Virus record (IMG/VR): IMGVR_UViG_3300036829_000172
Coordinates: 126,195-190,194 of that record
Strand: one strand, 5' to 3'
DNA from: a virus
Lineage: Duplodnaviria; Heunggongvirae; Uroviricota; Caudoviricetes
DNA: 64,000 nt
A program made the position numbers and the translations under genes. The notes below the pieces were generated by a model. It did no database searches. It worked only from the letters and a program-made list of their open reading frames with translations, and was not told where the DNA came from. Positions within the stretch are counted from its first letter, which is position 1, and every line of letters begins with the position of its first letter. Positions 18,261 to 26,499 of the stretch are shown piece by piece.

Positions 18261-18646
18261 GCGAGAGCCAGGTACCTGCACCTGCACCAACCCCGAGGCG
18301 GAGGAAACCGCCGTGTCCCGGCGCGGGTCAACGTGCGCGCAAGGTGCTGGGCCGCCGCCGCGACACGTGGCGCGGCACGTGCCCCGTGTGCCGCTGGCTG
18401 GGCGGCCTGACTTACGAAGGCGAGATACGTCCCCATGGCGACTGGCGCTACGAGGGCGACGTATTCCGCGATGGCCTTTGGGTGCGGCTGGAACGCAACA
18501 TCCAAGGCGAGCTGCAGGAACACCGTTTCGGCGAGGACGGGTACGACATTTGGGGCTATGACCGCGACGGCCGATATGACGGTGTGTATGACGGTGCACC
18601 GTTCCAGTGCAGTCCATTCCCAACCGAACACAGCGTTCAAAACTGA
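18257..18646 (+). CDS. hypothetical protein
   Basis: GTGA overlap. Confidence 0.55.
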   Translation: MSESQVPAPAPTPRRRKPPCPGAGQRARKVLGRRRDTWRGTCPVCRWLGGLTYEGEIRPHGDWRYEGDVFRDGLWVRLERNIQGELQEHRFGEDGYDIWGYDRDGRYDGVYDGAPFQCSPFPTEHSVQN

Positions 18647-18673
18647 GCACCACGAGATTGGAGAGAAACGAAA

Positions 18674-19147
18674 ATGCGACACACAGCAGTCGGCTTAACG
18701 GTGGCGGCGCTAGCGCTGACCGGCGCCGGATGTGACATACATACACAGGGCGGCCACACCATGCAGAACAGCAGCAGCACAACGAGCACGTGCACCGGTC
18801 TGCCGTCCGAGTGCGGTCAGTCGTACTGGCCGCCGACGACCACGACGACCACGGCAGCACCGCTGCCCAGACCGCAGGACTTCACGCTGGACGTGATCGA
18901 GATGAGCCGCCAGTGTTTCGGCGACGCCGGATGCAGCGTCCAGTACCGGATCGTGCCGACATACCAGCGGGCGGGCAGCGTGCCGACCGGCAGGTACTCG
19001 CTGCTGTACGAGCTGGACGGCGGCGACGAGCCGCAGAGCGGCAACATCGAGGTCCGCAACGGTCAATACCGCACCGAAGAGGGCTACCTCAGCACGTCGT
19101 CGGGTGGCACCTTAACGGCGCACGTCACACAGGTATTGGAGGACTGA
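18674..19147 (+). CDS. putative lipoprotein (LALTGAGC lipobox), Thr/Ser-rich
   Basis: gcaccacgagattggagagaaacgaaaATG leader. Confidence 0.65.
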   Translation: MRHTAVGLTVAALALTGAGCDIHTQGGHTMQNSSSTTSTCTGLPSECGQSYWPPTTTTTTAAPLPRPQDFTLDVIEMSRQCFGDAGCSVQYRIVPTYQRAGSVPTGRYSLLYELDGGDEPQSGNIEVRNGQYRTEEGYLSTSSGGTLTAHVTQVLED

Positions 19148-19200
19148 CTGACACATGTACTGCGATCGGAAAGAAGTCAGCAGGACAGGAGGCCAATGAC

Positions 19201-19275
19201 CGGCGCGCTCAAAAAATGAACACCCCCAATGAGATGAACACCACCAATGAGAATGAGAAACAAAGGAGAAAGTCA
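19201..19275 (+). promoter_or_regulatory. leader motif copy (long, degenerate: caaaaaatgaacacccccaatgagatgaacaccaccaatgagaatgag)
   Basis: seen. Confidence 0.5.
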
Positions 19276-20982
19276 ATGACAACCGCAACACCCAACGAGC
19301 AGATCCTGGGCACACTCGAGCATCTGCACCCCGACACCGTCCAGCTCGACGACAACGTCCGCACCGACGCGGGCATGACCAAACCGTTCATCGCGAGCAT
19401 CGCCGAACACGGGGTGCTGGTACCGCTCACCGCGATCCGCACCCCCGACGGTACGGTCCACGTCCGTACCGGGCAGCGCCGCACCTTGGCAGCCCGCAAG
19501 GCGGGCTTGACCACCATCCCGGTGTTCATCCGTGACGTCGATTACCACCCCGGCGACCCAAGCGACGAGCAGCAGGCGGCGCGGCTGGTTGAGCAGATCG
19601 TGGAGAACGATCGCCGGCTCGACCTGACCCCCACCCAGCGGGTGTTCGGCATTCAGCAGCTACTCGACACCGGCATGTCGATCACGAAGGCCGCGAAGAA
19701 GCTGTCAGTGTCAGCGCCGACCGTCAAGGCGGCGAAGGCGGTTGCCGGGTCGCAGGCCGCGCTGGATGCTTTAACGTCCGGTGAGCATCAGCTGTCGCTG
19801 CTGGAGGCGGCGGTGATCGCCGAGTTCGAGGACGATCCCCGCGCGGTGGAGCGGCTGCTGCACCCGCGCTGGCAGTCGTTCGAGCATGTCGCGGCGCAGC
19901 TGCGTGAGGAACGCGCCAGCGCGCAAGCGCAGGCCGACGCCGAGCAACGCTACCGGGACGAGGGATACACCGTTCTGACTGAGACGCCGGCGTCGTTCGA
20001 CCCGTTCTGCGTACCGCTGCATTCGCTGCAGGCCCCCGACGGTGAGGAGGCGGACACGGCGGCGGTGACCGTGCCAGCGCAGTGGGCGGTGCTAGTCGTC
20101 GAGGACCAGGTGCTCACCGACAAGGAAACCGGGGAGCCCGTCGACGAGGACGACGTCGACTGGAACACCGAGGGCCGTCCCGACGCCACCCCGGGTGAGG
20201 GGCTGCGGCACGCCGACACGGTGCTTGAGACGACCGGGTTCGGAGCGGAGTACTTCTGCCTCGACTACCAGGCGGCAGGGTTGACACCCACCGAGCGGTT
20301 CATGCGGCTGGGCGGTGGGAACCGGTTCACCACCGAGACCGAGTCCGACGAGGCGAACGGCGGTGCGCCGGCCACTCCTGACGAGTTGGCGGAAAGGCGT
20401 GCGGCGGCAGCCGCGCAGGCGGCCAGCGAGAAGCAGGAGGCCGAGAAGCGGGAGCGGCGCAAGGTGCTGGCGCTCAACAAGCTCGGCGCGGCCGCGCTGC
20501 GGGTCCGTCGAGAGTTCATCAAGACGCTGCTCTCGCGTAAAACCGCGCCGAAGGGGGCGGCGATATTCGTCGCCCGAGCGTTGGCGGGTGACGGGTATCT
20601 GCTGACGACCAACAATGCAGGCAACGTCGCTGCGGAGCTGCTGGGCCTCAAGGATTCCGGGAAGAAGGAGGCGAAACCGAGCTACGAGTATGAGCCGCCG
20701 ACCGACGCGGTGATCAACGCGGCGCGCGGGCTGCCGGACACCGGTGATCAGCGGGCACAGATCCTGTTGTTGGGGTTGGTGTTGGGCGCGTTGGAGGCCC
20801 GCACACCCAAGGACGCGTGGCGCGGCGGCGGCCACAGCCACATGTCGCGGGCGGTCGGCGGTAAGGAGTATCTGCAGTTCCTCGCCGACAACGGCTATCA
20901 GCTGGCGCCGGTCGAGGAGGTCATCGCGGGGAAGAAGAAGGCCGACAAGGTGTACGACCAGCAGCAGGCCGAGGCGTCGTGA
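19276..20982 (+). CDS. parB: ParB/Spo0J-like partition protein (N-terminal ParB box GQRRTLAARKAGLTTIPV, HTH MSITKAAKKLSVSAPTV, long C-terminal extension)
   Basis: motif-level match to ParB N-terminal domain; no ParA seen. Confidence 0.75.
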   Translation: MTTATPNEQILGTLEHLHPDTVQLDDNVRTDAGMTKPFIASIAEHGVLVPLTAIRTPDGTVHVRTGQRRTLAARKAGLTTIPVFIRDVDYHPGDPSDEQQAARLVEQIVENDRRLDLTPTQRVFGIQQLLDTGMSITKAAKKLSVSAPTVKAAKAVAGSQAALDALTSGEHQLSLLEAAVIAEFEDDPRAVERLLHPRWQSFEHVAAQLREERASAQAQADAEQRYRDEGYTVLTETPASFDPFCVPLHSLQAPDGEEADTAAVTVPAQWAVLVVEDQVLTDKETGEPVDEDDVDWNTEGRPDATPGEGLRHADTVLETTGFGAEYFCLDYQAAGLTPTERFMRLGGGNRFTTETESDEANGGAPATPDELAERRAAAAAQAASEKQEAEKRERRKVLALNKLGAAALRVRREFIKTLLSRKTAPKGAAIFVARALAGDGYLLTTNNAGNVAAELLGLKDSGKKEAKPSYEYEPPTDAVINAARGLPDTGDQRAQILLLGLVLGALEARTPKDAWRGGGHSHMSRAVGGKEYLQFLADNGYQLAPVEEVIAGKKKADKVYDQQQAEAS

Positions 20983-21206
20983 TGGCGACGCTCGATCTGC
21001 ATGACGCGGTGACCGAACGCTGCCTGGGTACCACTCATACCCACCACGTGCCTCGGATCGGTGAAGCCGTCGATTGGCGCGGGGCGAAGTGGCGGGTGCT
21101 GGATGTCCAACACCCGACCGAAGACGACAAGGGTGTCGGGATCTACCCGCCCCGGGTGTTCGTGGTGGATCAAGACGCGCCGACAGGGGCCGCTGAACAG
21201 CAGTAA
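20979..21206 (+). CDS. hypothetical protein
   Basis: ORF. Confidence 0.5.
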   Translation: MMATLDLHDAVTERCLGTTHTHHVPRIGEAVDWRGAKWRVLDVQHPTEDDKGVGIYPPRVFVVDQDAPTGAAEQQ

Positions 21207-21223
21207 CGCTGTTTAAGGCCGCG

Positions 21224-21251
21224 TGACATAAGGAGTCGATAAGGGTAAAAT
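21224..21251 (+). promoter_or_regulatory. SigA-type promoter copy 3 (TGACAT-N16-TAAAAT)
   Basis: third copy of gcgtgacataagga...tagttg element. Confidence 0.5.
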
Positions 21252-21284
21252 TGTAGTTGAAAGGTTGAGAAACCATCAGATCAG

Positions 21285-21384
21285 CCCGTCATGCGTGCGA
21301 GAGAAAACCAGCTAGACACGCATGACGGGGGCATGAGACCACCCGCCGCGGTACCTCTCTCTTTCTCTCGGGGTCCGCGGCGGG
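21285..21384 (+). ncRNA. structured 5' leader or small RNA with two perfect hairpins. Hairpin 1: 13-bp stem at 21285-21297 and 21317-21329, loop cgagagaaaaccagctaga. Hairpin 2: 10-bp stem at 21342-21351 and 21375-21384, CU-rich loop uaccucucucuuucucucggggu that is antisense to the conserved CACGAGAAAGAGAGA leader.
   Basis: seen in sequence, between promoter copy 3 and HNH gene. Confidence 0.4.
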
Positions 21385-21414
21385 TCTGCCAATCGTGAAA
21401 GGAGGAAAGCAGGA

Positions 21415-21705
21415 ATGGGACGTAATCGCCGCACCGGACCTAGGCGTGGTAGCCACCCGTCGCTCAAGGTGAAGCTGTTTGAGCGCGACGGCTGGCAAGC
21501 AAAGGACGGCACATGGTTCGTCCGGTGTGCTTTCGGATGCGGCGCGGTCCTTACCCGAACCACGGCAACCATTGACCGCCACCCTGTTCCTGGCCGCCAC
21601 GGCGGAACCTATCGCTTAGACAACACCCGGCTGGCCTGTGCCCCCTGCAACACAGCGGATGGTGGCCAAGCAGCCATTGGAAGAAAGAAGAGGTCGACAA
21701 CATGA
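21415..21705 (+). CDS. HNH endonuclease (C..C...HP...GG.Y..DN..LAC..CN)
   Basis: canonical SD gaaaggaggaaagcaggaATG. Confidence 0.65.
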   Translation: MGRNRRTGPRRGSHPSLKVKLFERDGWQAKDGTWFVRCAFGCGAVLTRTTATIDRHPVPGRHGGTYRLDNTRLACAPCNTADGGQAAIGRKKRSTT

Positions 21706-22139
21706 GGAGCTGCGTCGTGTGCGGGCGGGAGTTCGCCTACGAACCCAAACCTGGGCGCCCGCCGGTGACGTGCTCACCGGAATGCCAACGTGAAAACAAG
21801 GCCCGTCGGGGCGCGACCCGGAAATGCCCGCCAGACAAGCACGGCACAGCCACCGGGTACAGCTGGTACAAGTGCAGCTGCGCCGAATGCAGGCACTGGG
21901 CACGCGACTACCAGCGGACCCGGCGCAGCGCCACACGTTCAGACACGACGAAGACGAGGCGCACAACCGGACGGTCAGAGGCCAAACGCAGCCGGAGCCG
22001 GCGACGCGACCGAGATGCGGCGATAGCCGGTCTAGTCGCGCGGGGCTGGTCGTATCGGCGGATCGCGGCGCGCCTCGGCTGCTCGGTGGGGTCAGTGCAC
22101 AACGCCATAAAACGGGCAGAAGCCGACCACACAAGATGA
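21702..22139 (+). CDS. DNA-binding protein: N-terminal Cys4 zinc-ribbon, C-terminal HTH (GWSYRRIAARLGCSVGSVHNAIKR)
   Basis: ORF. Confidence 0.65.
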   Translation: MRSCVVCGREFAYEPKPGRPPVTCSPECQRENKARRGATRKCPPDKHGTATGYSWYKCSCAECRHWARDYQRTRRSATRSDTTKTRRTTGRSEAKRSRSRRRDRDAAIAGLVARGWSYRRIAARLGCSVGSVHNAIKRAEADHTR

Positions 22140-22140
22140 A

Positions 22141-22203
22141 CATGCTCAGTTTTTGAACACCCCACGAGATGAAAAACCCCACGAGAAAAGGAGCACCACA
22201 AAG
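22141..22203 (+). promoter_or_regulatory. leader motif copy
   Basis: ctcagtttttgaacaccccacgagatgaaaaaccccacgagaaaagg. Confidence 0.55.
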
Positions 22204-22587
22204 ATGAGCACAGAACTCTGGGAGCGGTGGGTAGCTTCCACCACCGAACCTCAATACCGCATCAAACGCGGCGCGAAAATCCGCGTCGAGCAGACACAGC
22301 ACACCGTCGGCGGCGGCGTGCTGCCGGGTATGCCACCCGTCACGTACACCCGCGCACGAAAGTGGATCACGTTCCCCGACGTCATCGACGGCGTCAAGGT
22401 GATCATCGACATGCCCGAGAACGCCACCACCAAACCGTGCGATCAGCGCCGCCACCGCGACTGCCGGCACCGGCTGGGCGCTGCGCAGGAAGGCGGGGTC
22501 ATCCTCAAAGTGGGGCTGCCCGGGTTCCACTGGCGGTGCGGCTGCCCGTGTCACAACGATCCGGCGCAGGCCGGGATGCTGTTGTAG
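22204..22587 (+). CDS. hypothetical protein
   Basis: ORF trimmed. Confidence 0.6.
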   Translation: MSTELWERWVASTTEPQYRIKRGAKIRVEQTQHTVGGGVLPGMPPVTYTRARKWITFPDVIDGVKVIIDMPENATTKPCDQRRHRDCRHRLGAAQEGGVILKVGLPGFHWRCGCPCHNDPAQAGMLL

Positions 22588-22597
22588 GCCCGCGATC

Positions 22598-22912
22598 ATG
22601 AAAGTTCAACGACGGCTGCGTCTGATCGCAGTCGACGGAAAGATGATCGCGCCACCACCACCACCAGCGCCCCCGAAGATCACCAGCATCGGGCAGGCGC
22701 TGGCGGTGATGCGCCTGTCAGTAGCCATCATCACGTCCGAACCTGCCGACTTGTTCCGCGGCTACAGCAGCGACGAAACGGCCGAGCAGTACGCGGCTGT
22801 CGATCGGATGGTGGAAGCCTTCCGCGTCCTGGACCGGCTGCTCACCAGGCGTTCGAAAAATGAACACCCCCACCCCACGAGAAAACCCACGAGAGAAGAG
22901 AGAACGAAATGA
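22598..22912 (+). CDS. hypothetical protein with PPPPPAPP segment; 3' end reads through the next leader motif
   Basis: ORF. Confidence 0.5.
   Translation: MKVQRRLRLIAVDGKMIAPPPPPAPPKITSIGQALAVMRLSVAIITSEPADLFRGYSSDETAEQYAAVDRMVEAFRVLDRLLTRRSKNEHPHPTRKPTREERTK
22851..22908 (+). promoter_or_regulatory. leader motif copy (ggcgttcgaaaaatgaacacccccaccccacgagaaaacccacgagagaagagag)
   Basis: seen. Confidence 0.6.
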
Positions 22913-23721
22913 GATCAATGCACACAGCCCGGCTGGGATTCGGCCTGGTCAGCGTCAACGTCAAGATGTACACCGCGACCGAGACGCACGACGCGAAATT
23001 CCACCTGCACCACGCCGGCTGCCTGGGAAGCATCAGACAGAAGCGGGTCTGCGAACAGTGCGGCGCCGTGGTCGAGTACGGCGACGTCGTCAAAGGTATC
23101 CAGCACGGCGACAAGCTGGTCATCGTCACCGACGACGACTTCGCCTCTCTGGACGAGGAGCAGGGCGGGGAGATCGAGGTGCTGCAGTTCGTGGACCGCG
23201 CCGACGTCGACCCGATCATGTTCGAGAACACCTACTACCTCGACACCGACAACGGGAAAAGCAAAAGCGCCAAGCCCACCAACAACGACAAGAGCTACGC
23301 CCTGTTCAGGCAGGCGCTGTCGGAGTCCGACAAGGTCGGCATCGTGCGCTTCGCGATGCGCAGCAAAACCCACATGGGTGTGGTGCGCGTCTACGGCGAC
23401 AACGTGCTGGCGATCCACACCCTGATGTGGAGCGACGAAGTCCGGGCCACCGACGAACTGACAATCGGCGGGAAGAAGGTGGAACTGTCCGAGAAGGAGG
23501 TCAAGATGGCCCATGCGCTGATTGACTCCATGGCCGGTGAGTGGAAGCCCACCGAGTACGAGGACATTTACCAGCAACGGGTGGCCGAGATGATCGAGGC
23601 GAAGGCTGACGGTGCCGAGTTCACGACCGACAAGCGTGACGATGATGACGACGGCGGCGACGTGTCGGACCTGCTCGCCAAACTGGAGGCGTCCATCGCC
23701 GCCAAGAAAACCGCGGCGTGA
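22909..23721 (+). CDS. ku: Ku protein (NHEJ DNA-end binding)
   Basis: strong collinear similarity to mycobacterial Ku (ARLGFGLVSVNVKMYTA ... KRVCEQCG ... EIEVLQFV ... DVSDLLAKLEASIAAKK). Confidence 0.9.
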   Translation: MRSMHTARLGFGLVSVNVKMYTATETHDAKFHLHHAGCLGSIRQKRVCEQCGAVVEYGDVVKGIQHGDKLVIVTDDDFASLDEEQGGEIEVLQFVDRADVDPIMFENTYYLDTDNGKSKSAKPTNNDKSYALFRQALSESDKVGIVRFAMRSKTHMGVVRVYGDNVLAIHTLMWSDEVRATDELTIGGKKVELSEKEVKMAHALIDSMAGEWKPTEYEDIYQQRVAEMIEAKADGAEFTTDKRDDDDDGGDVSDLLAKLEASIAAKKTAA

Positions 23722-24233
23722 CCATGGCCGAATCGCTGTACGGGCCGATGGTCGACGTGCTGCAGGGGGCGTTCGGTGTCGAATTCGAGTTCTGGGATAC
23801 CGGCGGCGGCTGCAACGCCCTGGTCGGCGAGTTCGAGGGAGACACCACGGTGTATATCACCGATGCGCCCGGCGCCCGGTGCGGGCAGGAATGCCAAATC
23901 ACCGATCACCCGCTGCGGGTGCGTCACGGCGAAGCCACCGTGGGGTTCGCCGTGGGGGTGTACCGCGACGACCACCAAACCAGCGTCGCCTACGGCGAGT
24001 ACCCGGCGGCCTGCACCCGGCATCTGCCGGTCATCGTGGCCGAGCAGCTCACCGCGGCGTTAGGACGGCAGGTCACCGTGAACTGGCTGGGTCTGTGCGG
24101 TGATCTGGATCCGCGTGACCCCGTTGCGGGCTACCTCAACGAGCACGCCTGCATGTTGAAGACGCCGCACCACGACGAGCACCGCAGCGGCAGCGGCAGA
24201 ACATGGCCACACGCACCCACCACCACGAGATAG
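23718..24233 (+). CDS. hypothetical protein
   Basis: ORF. Confidence 0.6.
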   Translation: MTMAESLYGPMVDVLQGAFGVEFEFWDTGGGCNALVGEFEGDTTVYITDAPGARCGQECQITDHPLRVRHGEATVGFAVGVYRDDHQTSVAYGEYPAACTRHLPVIVAEQLTAALGRQVTVNWLGLCGDLDPRDPVAGYLNEHACMLKTPHHDEHRSGSGRTWPHAPTTTR

Positions 24234-24244
24234 GAGAACACGAC

Positions 24245-25243
24245 ATGACAATCACCATCACCCACACCCACGCCGAGGGCACCCTGCTGTCGGGCACCAG
24301 CCGCGGCGACGGCACCGCCGAGGTCCTCAAAAGGGCCGGATCGTGGCGTTGGTCCCGCAACGTCGGCTGGTATATCCGCAACGCGCGCTACAAAAACGCC
24401 AACGTGCATCTGATCGAGAACACCCGAAAGGCGTTGCAGGACGCCGGGTTCGAGGTGAACGTAGAAATCGACAACACGTTCCTGCCTACCGCCGAGGTCG
24501 AGGGAGCCAAGGCCGCTCAGGCGGACGCGCGTGCGGACGCGTTGGCCGCGAAAGCGGAGCGCAAAGGCGCGGCCGCAGACGCCGCAGGTGCGGCCCATGA
24601 TCGGGCGTGCGAGGCGTTGCCGCCGGGCGGAGAGCCGATCCACGTCGGGCATCACAGCGAACGTCGCCACCGAAAGGCGATCGACAAGGCGTGGGACGCG
24701 CTGGGCAAAGCGGTCAACGCTGGTGAGGAAGCCGAGCGGGCCGAGCGCCGCGCTGAGGTAGCGGCCAAGGCCACCGAGTACCGCTACAACCCGGTCACCG
24801 TCAAGAACCGCATCGACAAGCTGGAGGCCGACCAACGCCGCGACCAGCGGGAACTCGACGGGTACAAGCGGGTGGTGGCGCGTACCGCCGACGTCGTGTA
24901 CGTCGACGAACACGAGGGCGCGACCGGGCACCGGCGGGACACGCTGACCGAGCGGATGACGCAGCGCGCCGATCAGATCACCTACTGGAAAGGCGTGTAC
25001 GCCGGCCTGCAGGCCGACGGCGCCGCCACCAGCTACGGCCCGGACAGCATCGCCAAAGGCGACTGGATCAAACGGCGCGGCAGCTGGTATGAGGTGGTGC
25101 GGGTCAACAAGAAGTCGGTGTCGGTGCACCTGTGCCCGGAGTTCACCTGGACGCACACGATCGGCTACCACGAAATCCAAGGCCACCGGCCCAAAGACAC
25201 CAGCCCAACCAGCCCCACCAACCTCGACGGGGAGGCATCATGA
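24245..25243 (+). CDS. hypothetical protein (DUF3560-like by recollection, low certainty)
   Basis: ccaccacgagataggagaacacgacATG leader. Confidence 0.65.
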   Translation: MTITITHTHAEGTLLSGTSRGDGTAEVLKRAGSWRWSRNVGWYIRNARYKNANVHLIENTRKALQDAGFEVNVEIDNTFLPTAEVEGAKAAQADARADALAAKAERKGAAADAAGAAHDRACEALPPGGEPIHVGHHSERRHRKAIDKAWDALGKAVNAGEEAERAERRAEVAAKATEYRYNPVTVKNRIDKLEADQRRDQRELDGYKRVVARTADVVYVDEHEGATGHRRDTLTERMTQRADQITYWKGVYAGLQADGAATSYGPDSIAKGDWIKRRGSWYEVVRVNKKSVSVHLCPEFTWTHTIGYHEIQGHRPKDTSPTSPTNLDGEAS

Positions 25244-25905
25244 CCGTGTTCCCGAACTATCAAGCCCTGCCCGCCGGTCAGGAGTTGGACCTTGAGGACC
25301 ACGACGGGCAGGACACGTTCTACCGCGTCACGCCCGCCAAGGGTGCACGGGTCGACGGCGTCATCGCGGTGCGGATGTTCTCCTACTACGGGCAAGACCG
25401 GTGGGGTAAGCCTGCCGTCAAAGATCCTCCGTCACCGGGTATGTACGTCGACCTGGCACCGCGGTACCTCGATGAGGGCCCCAACGGTCGCAGACCGTTG
25501 CAGGTTAACAGCAAGTCCTACCCGCTGCTGTTCGCCGATGTCACGTTCCTGCCGTCATCCGCGCACGACGACCGGACGCAGTGGTATCCGCAGACCACGG
25601 TCGACGGGCAACTGTATGTGGTGGCGGTCAGGTTCCAGTACACATCCGGGCTCACCGAGACCGCGAGTAAGATTCTGCGGCCGCTGCTGGAGAAGATCGC
25701 GCTGGAGTATGTGACGACCGAGCGGTGGCATCAGGAGCACATTCAGGAGGCGATCCGCGGGGTCGACGCGGCGAAACAGGTTGTCGCCGCTAAACAGGCG
25801 GACCTCGGCGCCGCCAATGACGACCTCCAGAAGGCGTGGCGCAAACTCGACACCGTGATGGAGCAGTTCACACCGAAGCAGCACCATGAGTCACAACGGG
25901 GTTGA
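25240..25905 (+). CDS. hypothetical protein
   Basis: ATGA overlap. Confidence 0.65.
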   Translation: MTVFPNYQALPAGQELDLEDHDGQDTFYRVTPAKGARVDGVIAVRMFSYYGQDRWGKPAVKDPPSPGMYVDLAPRYLDEGPNGRRPLQVNSKSYPLLFADVTFLPSSAHDDRTQWYPQTTVDGQLYVVAVRFQYTSGLTETASKILRPLLEKIALEYVTTERWHQEHIQEAIRGVDAAKQVVAAKQADLGAANDDLQKAWRKLDTVMEQFTPKQHHESQRG

Positions 25906-26275
25906 CCGGCCGCAGGTCGCCAAGATTGCGGCGCAAATCGGCAGCAGTCTTATGCCCGACACCGACCAGTGGGTCAACCGTTTCACGGTGAACTCGACGT
26001 CGTCATCGTCGGTGTACACCGTGTCGCAGCGGCGTTCGGACGGTGTGTGGGGATGCGGCTGCCCTGGCTGGCGGCATCACCGTAAGTGCAAGCACGTCAC
26101 GGATATCCTGCGCCGTCTCGCGGCGTTGCCCGCCGCGGCGCAGCAGTTCGAGCCTGCTGTGCTGGCGATGCTGGCTAGTGCGAGGACGGCGTATCTGGAT
26201 CTGGGGGCCCCGCAGCCTATCCGTAACCCAACGGTGCTGCCCCGTCGTGAATTGGATTTGGGCGGTGCGTTGTGA
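25886..26275 (+). CDS. SWIM zinc-finger protein (CGCPGW...HRKCKH)
   Basis: CxCxnCxH motif. Confidence 0.6.
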   Translation: MSHNGVDRPQVAKIAAQIGSSLMPDTDQWVNRFTVNSTSSSSVYTVSQRRSDGVWGCGCPGWRHHRKCKHVTDILRRLAALPAAAQQFEPAVLAMLASARTAYLDLGAPQPIRNPTVLPRRELDLGGAL

Positions 26276-26472
26276 CCGCCGACGACGACATTGTTGTGAC
26301 CGACCACTTCGTGCGCGCCCGCCACGCCGACTTTGTCGAGTGCGCCTGTGGCCGGCTTTACGTGAACGGCGCCGACCATGACGAGCACGTGTTCCAGATC
26401 CGGGTGGACCGCGCCCAGATGCGGCGCCGCCGCGAGGCCCGTGTTCAAAAGCTGACACCCACAACTGAATAA
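26272..26472 (+). CDS. hypothetical protein
   Basis: GTGA overlap. Confidence 0.5.
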   Translation: MTADDDIVVTDHFVRARHADFVECACGRLYVNGADHDEHVFQIRVDRAQMRRRREARVQKLTPTTE

Positions 26473-26499
26473 CACCCACGAGAAAACAAGGAGAACACC
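26441..26499 (+). promoter_or_regulatory. leader motif copy (degenerate IR gttcaaaagctgacaccc ... cacccacgagaaaacaagg)
   Basis: seen. Confidence 0.5.
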
